Assembly (NCBI RefSeq): GCF_963921235.1 | Contig: NC_086108.1 | Span: forward strand, 106,766,001-106,830,000 | Length of the DNA: 64,000 bases | Source: Mobula hypostoma | Lineage: Eukaryota | Direction: 5' to 3' | Part shown: piece by piece, positions 46,810 to 59,770 of the stretch | Layout of the letters: every line of letters starts with the position of its first letter | How positions within the stretch are numbered: position 1 is the first letter of the stretch | The notes under the pieces: generated by a model | Told to the model about the DNA's origin: nothing | What the model saw: only the letters and a program-made list of their open reading frames with translations | Database searches by the model: none | Program-made: the position numbers and the translations under genes

Positions 46810-47320
46810 CCAAGCGAAGTGTGTCGGATATTCAGGGAGGGATAGCACGTCTGGTGAAGGGGCTTGTCGTGTCCACACTGGGGCAGCTCACTCACTCTGG
46901 GACTCCATCGGACATTCAGCTCTCAACCTGTTTGCACGAGGCAGCGACCGCACCCCGGTTCACCGCTTCGACTGGTGGTACTAAGTCCGGTGATGGTAGC
47001 CGGTGGCCTCATACCCCAAAGAGATAGGGACATGCCTGACTTAGCACGTGAAGTCAGCTCAGGCAGACTGAGTAGATGAGATCTACAGCGAGATCCAACA
47101 GTCAGGTAGGTGGTACTGCAACACTTGATGGAGAGCAAATAGCATGACAAGGCACAGACGTAGACATGGATATCCACTGCAAGCCCCTTCACCAGAGGTG
47201 CAACCCCTCTCTGAACACCACTGAACCTGGACATCTGGCATCAAGAGAGCGGAACTGCCCCAGTGCAACAACTTTTCCACTTAAAAATCTCTCCTGCCCA
47301 GACAGGCAACCAACAGTTTA
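46810..47320. mobile_element. Unclassified (possibly RTE-5'-UTR-derived) repeat with an internal inverted repeat
   Basis: 46831-46867 is reverse-complementary to 47179-47215. Confidence 0.4.
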
Positions 47321-47814
47321 CCAACCTATGGGACCCCCCATTTTCTCACTGTGGCAAAGAAATGAGAAAGGAGCAAAAAAACGACATAGAGTCATTGAGT
47401 CGCAGAACACAACAGCACAGAAACAGGCCCTTTGGTCCATCTAGCCTGTACCGAACTATAATTCAGCTTAGTGCCATCTGGACCATAGCCCTCCATACAC
47501 TTCCCATCCATGTCCTTGTCCAAAGTTTTCTTAACTGTTGAAATCAAACCCACATCCACCAATTCTGCTGGCAGCTCATTTCACACTCACACCACCCTAA
47601 ATGAAGAAGTTCCCCTTAAGCATTTCATCTTTCACCTTGGTTTATTATTCCTATGCAGTCTGTATGGACACCTAGTGAAAAGGTTTTGTCTGTATGACAT
47701 CCAGACAGATCATTTCATGCAGAAGTCATCGAGGCAGTTAAAAGAAAACCAGAATACACCATATTCTTTGCATTTACAGAGGAAGTGCAGTGCAGGTAGA
47801 CCAATAAATTGTAA

Positions 47815-48090
47815 GGGGCGCCACGGTAGCGTAGTGGTTAACAAGACGCTATCACAGTTTAGCATGTTGGAGTTTGGGGTTCAATTATGACACTGTCTTT
47901 AAGAAGTTTGCACATCTTTCCCATGGGTAGTAGATTGCCTCCGGAAGCTCCGGTTTCCTCCCACATTCCAAAGACGTACTGGTTAGTAAGCTAATTGGTC
48001 ATTGCAAATTGTCCCGTTATTAGGCTAGGGTTCTGGATGGTGCAGCTTGTTGAGCTGGAAGGGCTTGTTCCACACTGTAAATAAATAAAG
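47815..48090 (+). mobile_element. V-SINE-like element
   Basis: ggtagcgtagtggtta head; ccggtttcctcccacattccaaagacgtac; (taaa)n tail. Confidence 0.75.
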
Positions 48091-48394
48091 GGCCACAACG
48101 AGGGAGACTGGGAGATCAAAATGCTAGAGTTTAGCTTTCAGGTATTAGAGGTCTCTTCAACAGTAACTTAACAGAAGGAGAGAAACCGCCTTTGAGACCG
48201 ATAGAGTATGTTCTCACAAGCCTTTATAACTGCTGGCTGATGGGAGGGGGGAGAAGAGAGAGGGAGAGTCTGAGATGGGAGGGACCTTGATTATCTTGGC
48301 TACTTTACTGAAGCTGCAGAAATATAAACAGAGAAAATGGGAAGAAGGCTGGTTACGTAATGGACTGCACTTCACTATTTAAAGATACGCCACG

Positions 48395-48620
48395 GTAACA
48401 AGCCCTTCCAGCCCAATGAGCCCTGCATGACCCAATCACACCTATGAGACCAACTAACCTACTAATCCGTACGTCTTTGCACTGTGGGAGGAAACCGGAG
48501 CACCTGGAGGAAACCCCTGTAGTCATGGGGAGAACAGGCAGACTCCTTACGGACAGCAGCGGAACACAGTCTGGGTCCTTGGCTCTGTAATAGTGTTACG
48601 CTGACACTATGCTACCCTGC
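48395..48620 (-). mobile_element. V-SINE-like element
   Basis: tgtgggaggaaaccggagcacctggaggaaacc (antisense V domain). Confidence 0.7.
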
Positions 48621-48764
48621 CATCCAAATGCAACTGCGATTTCTTACCATCTTGGGCAAAGCAGTATTCATATTACTGAATACCTTCCAATGAGCTGCTA
48701 CTCTGAAAAATAAATCTATGAATCCTGATAAACCTACAGCTGGAGTGAAAATGATTGGGACATT

Positions 48765-49440
48765 TTAAAGTTTAAAGTACATATATGTCACAATATACAA
48801 TGATTCATTTTCCTGCAGGCATGTTCAGTAAATCCATAATAGAATAATTAACATAATATAATCAATGAAAGACCACAGTAACATGGGCTTTGAGCCAGTG
48901 TGCAAAGGACAACAAAATTGCAAATACAAAAATAAAGAAGTAATATTAATAATTAATAAATAAGCAAAATACATGAGATGAAGAATCCTTGAAATTGAGT
49001 CCATTGGTTGTGGGAACATTTCAACAATGGGGCAAGTGAAGTTGAGTGAAGTTATGCCCTTTGCTTCAAGAGCCTGGTGGCTGAGGGGTAATAAATGTTC
49101 CTGAACTTGGCGGTGTGAGTCCTAAGCATCCTATGCCTCCTTCCTGATGGGAACAGTGAAAAGGCAGCATGACCTGGGTGGTGTGGGCACTTGATGACGG
49201 ATGCTGCTTTCCTGTGACAATGCTCCACACAGATGTGATCGGTGGTGGCTTTGCCTATGATGCACTGTGCCAAATCTGCTACTTTTAGTAGGATTTTTAA
49301 TTCAAGGGTTTTGGTGTTTTCATACCAGGCTGTGATGCAGCCAGTCAACATACTGTCCACTACACAGAAGTTTCTCCAAGATTTAGTTATCATACCGAGC
49401 CTTTGCAAACTCTGAAAGAAGTAGACGTGCACGTGCTGTT
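48765..49440 (-). mobile_element. Old Rex1/Babar-like LINE 3' fragment
   Basis: ORF 49052..49477 (LTGCITAWY, PHHPGHAAFSLFPSGRR). Confidence 0.75.
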
Positions 49441-49903
49441 GCACTTCCTTCATATTTGCTCCTACTGCTGGGTCCACGACTAGTCCTCAAAAATAATAAC
49501 ACCGAGGAATGTAGCATCCTTGAATGTGAGTTCATAGATTGTGGAATCTCTTCAGAGTTGTGGTTAATGAAGTTTTTCACACTGGCTCAGGAGCCTGATG
49601 TTTGAAGTATAATTGCTGTTCCTGAACGTGGTGGTCTAAGGCCCTTGTCTCTTCCCTTCCTGATGCTAGTAGAGAGAAGAGAGCATGCCTTAGATACTGT
49701 CAACCATCCAGTTCCCATTTAATCAAGCACACTGTTGTAAATCGTTGAGATTAACTTTATGTATTATTTTATAAATAACGGTTGTCAGCTCACTGCAATT
49801 TTCCTGGAAAATTAGCTTGCTTACAGGATATTAGGAGAAATCTTTGTAATTTCAATTACCTTTAATCTTTATATAGACTTTGTTCCCTGAACAAATCTTC
49901 ATT

Positions 49904-50732
49904 TGTTACATATCCCGTGAGCATGATATAAGTATCTTGGGAGCTTGATGTAATTATCTTGTAAGCATTATGTCATTATCTCGTGATGGGCATGACGTAA
50001 TTGTCTCATGATAGGGGGTGATGTGATGTCACATGATGGCGTGGTATAAAAGAAAAGCCCGCCACTGTGACGCAGTTCTATTTCTTATTTTTAGTGCAAC
50101 TTTGTTGTTGCCGGTCTGATATTTTGGAGAAGCTACCGGTTTTGTTTGTTGCACGTTTACTTTTCCCTTACAGTCCAGTATCGGAGAGTGAAGATATTAC
50201 CAGCATTATCCAAACCCAAAGGATTGGGTAAAGTTAACGTCGTTCGGCGTCTTGGGAATGATCAACCTTTTTGAATTTTCGTTTGGGAATTGTGGCATGC
50301 ACATTTGAGTTAAAACCCTGCAAGGTCGGGAAGGTTTGTGCAGCGACCACCCTCCAGCCAAAAAGGTCAGTTCCTTTAGGACACTTTATTTCTTGGTGAC
50401 TTCTTCGGACGAGGCATCTCTCCGCTGTGATCGGCAGATTCGTCATTACTTCGAAGGATTCGTTGTTTCGGGGAAGTCTCCCCTTAATGACTGTATAAAT
50501 CACATGGACTTTTGAATTTATCACTTTAAGTCTGTGCTTGGATGAGAACTCATTCACAACAGTTTATAAGTTTGACTGTTTGTTTGATATAGACGCATAA
50601 CACCGTTAACTTATGTTTAAGTTAGTCGTTCGTTTACTGTTCCATTTTTTTTTAAGTAGAGGTTAATAAATTTCGCTGTTTATTTATAAAAACCTGATTC
50701 AGTTTCATATCCACTGTTGCTGGTGCATAACA
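49904..50732 (+). mobile_element. Solo LTR (829 bp) with TATA box and polyA signal
   Basis: TGTTA...TAACA termini; TSD CATT at 49900-49903 and 50733-50736; TATAAAA 50045-50051; AATAAA 50665-50670. Confidence 0.85.
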
Positions 50733-50805
50733 CATTAAATTCACAGTTCACCTTTTATTGACCAGTGTATTTCTGTTTTGTATCTCTCCATCATTCTCAT
50801 TGTAG

Positions 50806-50957
50806 CCAGACTGACTTTGTTAGCTGTGAAGTAGACTATGTTCAGATCTATCTTCATCCACCCACGAGCCCTGTGGCTGACACTGCGTTGTCGATTCACA
50901 GGTATTCATCGGGCACCGATTGCTTTCAGAGAACATGGAAAGGCGACTATATCAACG
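50806..50957 (+). CDS. Candidate isolated internal exon of an unidentified host gene (phase 2 to phase 1)
   Basis: Pyrimidine-rich acceptor (tctctccatcattctcattgtag), donor AACG/GTAATT, one open frame (QTDFVSCEVDYVQIYLHPPTSPVADTALSIHRYSSGTDCFQRTWKGDYIN), several CpGs retained, no resemblance to the window's repeats. Confidence 0.45.
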
Positions 50958-50975
50958 GTAATTGACATTTTATTA

Positions 50976-51250
50976 TGGGACACAATGGTAGTATAGTGGG
51001 AGGCGTAATGCTATGACAGCTCGGAATTCAGTTCTGGCCCTGTCCACAAAGAGTTTGTACATCCTCCTCTTAAGCATGCAGGTTTCCTCCAGGTTCTCCG
51101 GTTTCCTCCCACAATCCAAAGCTGTACCAGTTACTAGGTTAATTGGTCATTGCAAAACTGTCCTTTGATTGGATTAAATATGTGGGTTACTGGGCAGCAT
51201 TACTCATTGGGCCAGAAGGGCCTGTTCTATGTGGTATCTAAAATAAATTT
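50976..51250 (+). mobile_element. V-SINE-like element
   Basis: ggtttcctcccacaatccaaa, ggttaattggtcattg, A-rich tail. Confidence 0.7.
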
Positions 51251-51444
51251 AAAATGAAATAAAAAATTCTGTCCTTCCCTTTGTAAATTTTGAGTAGACA
51301 TGGTCAGGACCACTAGCAGATTTATACACAAGAATCTCTGCAATAATGAAACAAAGCAAATTTTTTTACAGAAACTTGACAAAGTGACATAACAATGTGG
51401 TTTAAGAAACCATTAAAAGACTACAGATAAAAGAAAGGATAAAG

Positions 51445-52000
51445 CCTTTATAAAACCTCACTTGGAGTATTGTGAGCAGTGGCAGGCCCCCTATCTAAGA
51501 AAGGATTTGCTGACCTTGGAGAGGGTACAAAGGAGGTTCATTAGAATGATTCCGAGATTGAAAGGCTCGTCATATGAGCAGCGTTTGATGGCTCTGGACC
51601 TCTACTCACTGGAATTCAGAAGAATGACAGGTGACCTCATTTAAACCTATCGAATTTTGTAAGTGGATGTAGATAGGATGTTTCCTATGCTGGGGGAGTA
51701 TAAGACTTGAGGACACAGCTTCAGAATAGAGGGTCATCCTTTTAGAATGGAGATGGGAGGAATTTCTTCAGTCAGAGAGTGGTGAATCTGTGGAATTCAT
51801 TGCCACAGATAGCTGTGGAGGCCAAGTCATTTGGAATATTTAAGGTTAATAGATTATTGATTAGTCAGGGCATGAAGACATATGGGGAGAAGGCAGGAGA
51901 TTGGGACTGAGAAGGAAAAGGATCAGCTGTGATGAAATGGCAGAGCAGACTCAATGGGCCAGATGATCTAATTCTGCTCCGATATCTTATGATCTTATGG
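51445..52000 (+). mobile_element. CR1 3' fragment
   Basis: LEYCEQWQAPYLRKDLLTLERVQRRF; (cttatg)n tail. Confidence 0.8.
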
Positions 52001-52124
52001 AATTATACCAATGAAAGCAAAAAAAAAAAAAATTGAGTTGTGGTTCACAGTGATGACAGAATGGAGTCAGATTGATGGTTCTTCTCTTGAGGCATCTAGT
52101 ACAGAGGTCACAGAACCACATTCT

Positions 52125-53125
52125 GTTCAAAAAAGGATCTAAACAGAAACCAGGAAGTTACAGGCCAGTGAGTCTACATCAGTTGTTGGAAAGTTATTGG
52201 AAGGTATTCTAAGGGTCTGGATGCATAAGTATTTGAATAGACATGGACTGATTAAGGATAGACAGCACAGCTTTGTGTATGCTAGGTAATGTCTAACTAA
52301 TCTTATAAAGTTTTTTGAGGATGTTGTCAGGAAAATGGATAAAGGCAGGGCAGTGGATGTTGGCTACATGGATTTTAGCAAGGCATTTGACAAGGTACTG
52401 CATCAATGGCTGGTCAAGAAGGTTCAATCACTTGGTATTCAAGATGAGGTAGTAAATTAGATTAGACATTGGCTTTGTGGAAGAAGCCAGAGAGTGGAAG
52501 TGGAGAGAGTTATAGTTGCCTCTCTGACTGGAGGCCTGTGACTAATGATGTGCCTCAACGATCATTGATCGGTCTTTTGCTTTTTGCTATCCATATCAAT
52601 GATCTGGATGATAATTTGATTAACAGGACCAGCAAATTTGCAGATGACATCATGACTGGGGGTGTAGTGGACAGTGAGGAAGGCTATTATGGTTTGTAGA
52701 GGGATTGGGATCAGCTGGAAAAATGGGCTGAAAAATAGGATGTGGAATTTAATGCAGACAAGTGTGAGGTTTTGCATTTTGGTGGAACCAACCAGTGTAG
52801 GGCTTACGCAGTGAACGGTAGGGCACTGAGGATTGTGATAGAACAAAAGGGCCTGGAACCAGAGGTTATGGGTTAAAGGTGAAAGTTGAGAAGCTTAAGG
52901 TGAACATGTCGGGGAACTTCTTCACTCAGAAAGTCATGAGAATGTAGAATGAGCTGCCAGCATAAGTGGTGCAATGCGAGCTTGATTTCAATGTTTAACA
53001 GAAGTCTGGATGGGTGCTTGGATAGTAGGGATATGGAGGGCTATGGTTGATGGGAGTATACAATTTAAATGCTTTCAGCATGCACTAGAAGGGCCAATTT
53101 CTGTGCTGTACTTTTCCATGACTCT
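52125..53125 (+). mobile_element. Decayed CR1 RT fragment with internal deletion
   Basis: YRPVSL, YMDFSKAFDKV, KFADD motifs, then 3' end. Confidence 0.8.
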
Positions 53126-53279
53126 ACATATCTAAGAGATTGTACATTTAAGGAGTAATGCAACAGTGAAACAGGCCCTTCAGCCCATCTCATCCATACT
53201 GACTATGGTGTTCACCAAACTAAGTCCTAGGTTGCCAGACCTCTCCCAATAACCAAGAGCATAATTTATAGGTAAATAA

Positions 53280-55195
53280 TCAGGTCATTCAGCCCACTGA
53301 GTCTGTTATGCCATTCAATCATGACTGATTTATGATTATTTCCCTTCAACTCCATTCTCCCAATAACCTTTGACACTTTCATAATGAAAAACCTATCAAC
53401 CAATCTCTTAAGTCTAACCAAAGCTTTGGGCTCCACAACGTGGCAATGAATTCCACAGATTCACCACTCTCTGGCTAAAGAAATTCCTCCTCATTTCTGT
53501 CCTAAAGGGATGTTATTGTATTCTGAGTCTGTGCTCCATCAACCTTGACATCCTCACTACAGGAAACATCCTCGCTACAACTACTCTATCTAGATCTTTC
53601 AATATTCGGATAGGTTTCAATGAGATTTCCCTCATTCTTCTAAATTCCAACAAGTACAAGCCCAGAGCTTTCAAACGCTCCTTATATGTTAACCATTTAA
53701 TTCCCAGGATCATTCTTGTAAACCTCTTCTGGACCCTTTCCAATGCCAGCACAACCTTTCTTTGATATGGTGTCCATAACTGTTCGCAATACTCCAAGTT
53801 TGGTCTGACCAATGTCTTAAAAAGTATCAGCTTGGTGTGGAGTTGTTAGGCCAATGTTCCTTTGTCCAGTGTCTCAATATCTCTAATACTGCATGTTTGC
53901 CAGTAGCACCTCTACTTCATAAGGAGCTTGAGGAGATCTGGTGTGTCTCCATAGACTCTTGCAAACTTCAGCAGATGCAGAGCAGTCTGACCAGTTGCAT
54001 CACCGCCTGGTATGAAGGCTAAAATGCACAGGATCAAAAGTAGTCAGAGGATCATCAGCTCCATCATGGGCACAACCATTCTCACCATCAAGGTTTTCAA
54101 AAGGCAGTGCCCCAAGAAAGCAGCACCCATCATTAAAAAAATCTTCATTGTCCGGGACATGCATTCTTCTCCTTACCTCCATCAAGGAGGAAGTACAGGA
54201 GACTGAAGGCCGATATTCAACATTTTAGAGAGAGTGTTTTCCTACCCGTCATCAGATTTTTGATGACACTGCCTTGTTACAGTCATGGAGGCATAGAAAA
54301 GTGCAGCACACGGACAGGCCCTTTGGCCCATCTAGCCCATGCTAACCCACTTAAACTGCCTACTCCCATCGACCTGCACCGAGACCAGAGCCCTTTATAA
54401 ATCTCCCTTCCACGAATCTATCCAAATTTCTCTTAAAAGACCTTACATGCACCACTTGCACGGGTAAGTCATTTCACACTCTTACGACACTCATGCTCGC
54501 CTTAAAATTTTCACCCTTAACCCATGACCTCTGGTGTAGTCCCACACAAAAACTCAGTTGTATTTTCCTATCTATATCCCTCATAATTTTGTATACCTTT
54601 GTCAAATCTCCACTCAATGTTCTATGCTCCAATGAATAAAGTCCTAACCTATTCAAGCTTTTCTTGTAACTCAGGCCCTCCAGTCCTGGCAACATCGTTG
54701 TAAATTTTCTCTCCACTCTTTTAATCTTATTTACATTTACCCTGTAGGTAGGTGACCAAAACTGCTCACAATATTCCATTCACTGTGTAAGACCTCCTCT
54801 GGCTGGTCCTACCAAAGTTCAATACTGTGCACTTGTCTGCATTAACTTCCATCTGCCATTTTCCAGCCCATTTTTCTAGCTGGTCCAGATCCAACCACCA
54901 GTCTAGGACAAAGAGGGCACGACTTCAGGATTGAAGGATATCGATTTCATACAGAGATGTGGAGAAATTACTTTAGCCAGAGGGTGGTAAATCTGTGGAA
55001 TTTGTTGCCATGAGTGGCTGTGGAGGCATTTAAGGCAGAGATAGCTAGGTTCTTGATTAGACTGGGCATCAAAGGGTATGGGGAGAAGGTAGGGGAGTGG
55101 GGATGACTAAAAAAATTGGATCAGCCCACGATTGAATGGCGGAGTAACTCGATGGGCCAAACAGTCTATTTCTGCTCCTCTATCTTATGATCTAA
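53280..55195. mobile_element. Cluster of CR1 (-), Rex-like (+), CR1 (-), CR1 (+) 3' fragments
   Basis: ORFs 53513..53812 and 54474..54779 (CR1 C-terminus); LTSCITAWY at 53990-54015 (Rex-like). Confidence 0.7.
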
Positions 55196-55997
55196 CCTTC
55201 CACACTGCCTGCTACACCTCTAATCTTAGTGTCATCTGCCAATGTTATTCATCTTTTGCGTTATTTATTTATTTCTGTGGCATATTGTAATTTCTATGCC
55301 TTACGCTGTACTGCTACCAAAAATTCAACAAGTTTTACAGCATAAGTCAATGACATATAATCTGATTCTGATTCTGCAGTGATTACATTTCGGAATATTC
55401 AAGAGGTCAGAATCGATGGAGCACAGAGAATTCTAGTGTTGGAAGAGGTCACAGAATGAGGTAGGAGGGACAGAATCATGAGGACAAGAATATTTCAATC
55501 GGAAAGAGCGCAAGAATGAAATGCATCAAGTCACTTGACTCAGAATCTTGTGCTGTGTCCCAGAAATCAATGGAGAGGCCAATGGTGCATGCCCAGAAGG
55601 AAGTTCCACACAGAGTGCCATCGCACGGAAGTTGAGATCTCAATGATGAGTGCACCGTTGGGAACCAGTGGTTCTCCACAGATCTGCTAGCTGATTGTCA
55701 GTGTGACCCTGCCCGAAACCAGGAGGTGGTTCTTGACAGAGAAATTAAGGAGGATCTGCTTCCCATCGCAGAAGGGTCGGTAACCAAAGGACAAAGTAGA
55801 AGATAATTGGTAAAAAAAAAATCACAGGAGATTTGGGGAGAATTTATTTTTAATGTACCATATTATTACAATCTGGAATGTACTACCCAAAAAAGGTCAG
55901 AGAAGCCAATCTAATAGCAGGAAGCTTGAATCTCTACTTGAAAACAATAAATTTTCAGGACCATGTTGAATAGCTGGGGAGTGCAATTAATTACATG

Positions 55998-56210
55998 CTG
56001 GTCAGTCCTGATGTGATGGCATCAGCTCCGAACTTCGAGGTGAATGGTCCAAGGTTCGAATCTGGCCGGCCCCTTGCATATTTTCCATTCGTGCTGGATT
56101 GAGTGTTGAGCCAGGAACTCAAGTCTCATTAAAAAAAGAGAAATGCTAGGAAACAGCAAAAAAAAATGCCACTCAATGCACCACGAGGTGCAAAAAGGAA
56201 CAACAAAGAA
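55998..56210 (+). mobile_element. tRNA-derived SINE (third family)
   Basis: B box GGTTCGAATC at ~56052, tRNA-like head, A-rich/(aac)n tail. Confidence 0.5.
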
Positions 56211-58617
56211 CTAGAACAGATACAATGGAACAAATTTCCTCCTGCTGTTCTCCTGTCCCCTGAGTGTTGAAAGCTTAATTTCTTGATATGAAATCTTAAG
56301 ATGGAGGGAGTGGATTTGCAAGAAGTCAACTTTTAATGGAAATATACCATAAGCCCTTAAGACACAGACACAAGAATTAAGCCATTTGGTCAATCAAGTC
56401 TGCTCTGACTTACATCATGGCTGAATTCAAGGTTCTTTTAAGAGATTCCTGGATAGGTACATGGAGCTTAGAAATATAACGGGCTATGGTAACCCGAGGT
56501 AATTTTTAAAGTAAGTACCCGTTCAGCACAGCATTGTGGGCCGAAGGGCCCGTATCGTGCTGTAGGTTTTCTATGTTTTATGTTCTATGTTCAAAGTAAA
56601 TTTTATTATCAAAGTGCATATATGTCACCATATACAGCCCTAAGATTCAGTTTTTGTGAGCATACTCAAAAATTCTATATAGACAAATAACTGTAACAGA
56701 ATCGATGAAACACAGCCCAACCAGAGTGCAGAAAAGAACTAACCGTGAAAATACAAAAACAAGAAATAATAATAATAAAATAAGGATTAACTAGCAAGAA
56801 CATGAGATGATGAGTCCTTGAAAGTGAGTCTATTGATTGCGGGAACTTTTCAATGATGGGGAACCACATACTGCCGAAACAAGTGGTTAAAGATCTTAGT
56901 GAACGTTCCAGCCATTTGATTAATTTTCCCTCTCAACCCCATCCTCCTGCCTTCTCCCTGTAACCTTTGATCCCCTTACTAATCAAGGACCTATCAACCT
57001 CCGCTTTAAGTATACCCAATGACTTGGCTTCACTGCCGTCTGTAGCAATGAATTCCACAAATTCACCTCCCTCTGGTTAAACAAATCCCTCCTCACCTCT
57101 GTTCTAAAGGGACCTGCTTATTAATGGATCCTGTATTAGACCCTGGGTTCATTCCTGACTTTGGGTGCTGTCTGCACGGAGTTTGCAAGTTCTCCCTGTG
57201 ACTGTGTGAGTTTCTCCTTCAGAATCAGAATCGGGTTTGTTACCACCGACATGTGGCATAACATTTCATGTTTAGGCCCCAACGGTAATGTAGCGATTAG
57301 TGCAACGATATTCCAGCTCTGGGTGTTCTGCAGTTCGTAGGTCAATCCTGGTGCAAAGTTTAAAGTTCAAAGTAACATTCATTATCAGAGTACGTACATG
57401 TCATCACATACAACTCTGAGATTCTTTTTCCTGTGGACATACTCAGATATAGAATAGTAATTGTAAACAGGATCAATGAACAAGCAAGAACATAGAATAC
57501 AACAAACTGTGCAAACGTAAATATAATAGCAATAACTAACAATAGTATGAAATTCTTTGAAGTGGTTGGTGAAGTCTATAAGCAGATTGTGCGTTCTCCC
57601 CATCAGCCACATGGATTTCCTCCTGACGCTCCAATTTCTTCCCACGGTCCAAAGACGTATCGGTTAGACGATTAATTGGTCATTGTAGATTGCCCTGATT
57701 AGGCTAGGATTAATTCAGTGGGTTGGTGAGTGGAGCAGTTCATTTGGGCTGGAAAGTTCTGTTTCACACTGTATCTCTAAGTAAAATAAAATCAGGAATG
57801 AAAGGACACTGGGCCTTTTCTGCATAGAATTTCAATGCAGTTTCTCAGATTACAGTTCAAAAGTGCAAGTAGACAGTTTATGTCACAATTTTTAAAGCCT
57901 TTATTTAATTTAGGCACCATATATCAGCTTCTGCCATCCATATCAAATCAACTTGAATTTAATAGCCAGTTTAATATCGCAGGGTTCCTCGCTGGACAAG
58001 AATTTATTGCCTCTTAATGGGACACCAGACAAAAGCAGAACTGAAGAGTACAATTTTAGAAATGACAAGGGAAGCTTTGGAGAGATTTTGGAGATGGGGA
58101 GTGGCAAGGGGGGGGTTCATGGTTAATGATCTGAAGGTCAAAGATCAAAGGTAAGGGCTCGACAGAATCATGTGGACCTAGATCACAGGGGTTGGAGGTC
58201 CACCCAAGTCCAGAAGTCAGAGCCCAAAATCCAAACCTATAATCATTGAGTTCAGAGGAGAAGTCCAAAGTTGGAAGTTGGACGACCATGAGTGTGATTG
58301 TCCGTGACCAAGGATTAAAGGGTCAGAGGTGCTTGTCCTGAGGTCGGAGGCTGATCTGCATGTGTGACGGGGTGGATGGGAGGGAGGATGGTAAAAGGGC
58401 TTGCTTTGCTGTTGCCTTGTTTTGGTGCTGTTGCTTGTGTGTCTCTGCTGCGTATTACGTGCATGCTTTGCTGGCACTGGAATGTGTGGTGGCACTTGCG
58501 GACCGCCCCTAGCACGTCCTGAGGCTGTGTTAGTTGTTAACACAGGCAACTCATTTCACGGTATGTTTCAAATGTACATGTGATAAATAAAACTGAATAC
58601 GAATAAGAAGTCCTTGG

Positions 58618-58960
58618 CATAAACACAGGAAGTTCTGCAGATGCTAGAAATCCAGAGCAACACACACACAGACAAACTGCTGGAGGAACTCAGCAGGTCA
58701 GGCAGCATCCATGGTCGACTTTATAGGCCAAGACACTTCAAGAAGATTGGGGAAAATAAACTGGAAGGAACCAGAATGAGAAGGTGGGGAGAGGGGATTG
58801 GACTCCTCCTCTCCTGTACACCCCTGATGACGGATCCCAGCCCAAAACTTCAACTGTTTATTCCCATCCATAGATGCTGCCTGACCTGCTGAGTTTCTCC
58901 TGCATGCTGTGTTTGTTGCTCTGGATTTCCAACATCAGTAGAACCTCTTGTGTTTATGTT
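58618..58960. mobile_element. Old head-to-head PLE terminus foldback
   Basis: 58618-58715 is reverse-complementary to 58868-58960 (cataaacac...cagcaggtcaggcagcatc). Confidence 0.75.
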
Positions 58961-59154
58961 CACCGCCTTGAACATGATCGCACTTCCTTGGCCTTACAAT
59001 GGTCCAATGCAAAAGTGAGATCTGTACATCCAACTTCCATCTAAAAGAAATGAGAATTGAACCACAAGATTTGGTGGACTCCATGAACAAGAAATTAATA
59101 AGTATCATCACCCAGGGAGGTAAGATGCACTGATCATAAAGGATCATAAATCCT

Positions 59155-59770
59155 AGAGTTATAGAGCATGGAGCATTTCAGCACACAAACAAGCTCTTCA
59201 GCCCATCTAGTCCATGCCTAATCATTAATCTATCTAGTCTCTTTGACCAGCATCTGGACCATAGCTCTCCATATCCCTCCCATCCATGTAGTTAGCCAAA
59301 CTTCCCTGAAACCCTCATCCACCACTTCTTCTGGCAGTTCGTTCCACACTCACATCACACTCTGAGTGAGAAGTTCCCCTTCAGGTTCACCTTAAATATT
59401 TCACCTTTCTTACCTTAACCTATGACCTTGAGTTCTAGTCTCAGCCAACCTCAGTGGAAGAAGTCTACGTGCATTTATTCTGTCTGTGCCCCTCATAATT
59501 TTGTATACCTGCGCTCTGGGAAATAAAGTCCTATCCTATTCAACCTTTCCTTATCACTCAAATCCTCAAGTCTCGGTAACATCCTTGTGAACTTACTCTG
59601 TACTCTTTCAACCAATTAAGAGAAGTTTGGATAAGTACATGGATGGGAGGAGCATAGAGGGGTATGATCCAGGTGCAGGTCGATGGGACTCCGCAGAAAC
59701 AAAGTTCAGCATGGACTAGATGGGCCGAAGGACCTGTTTATGTGCTGTAGTGCTCTATGACTCTATGATT
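59155..59770. mobile_element. CR1 3' ends head-to-head (- then +)
   Basis: ttcagcccatctagtccatg vs catggactagatgggccgaa; outward-facing tails. Confidence 0.65.

Noticed and set aside
44230..50732. Full-length LTR retrotransposon bounded by the two LTRs
   Set aside because: The LTRs differ in sequence and length, each has its own TSD, and there is no gag/pol between them
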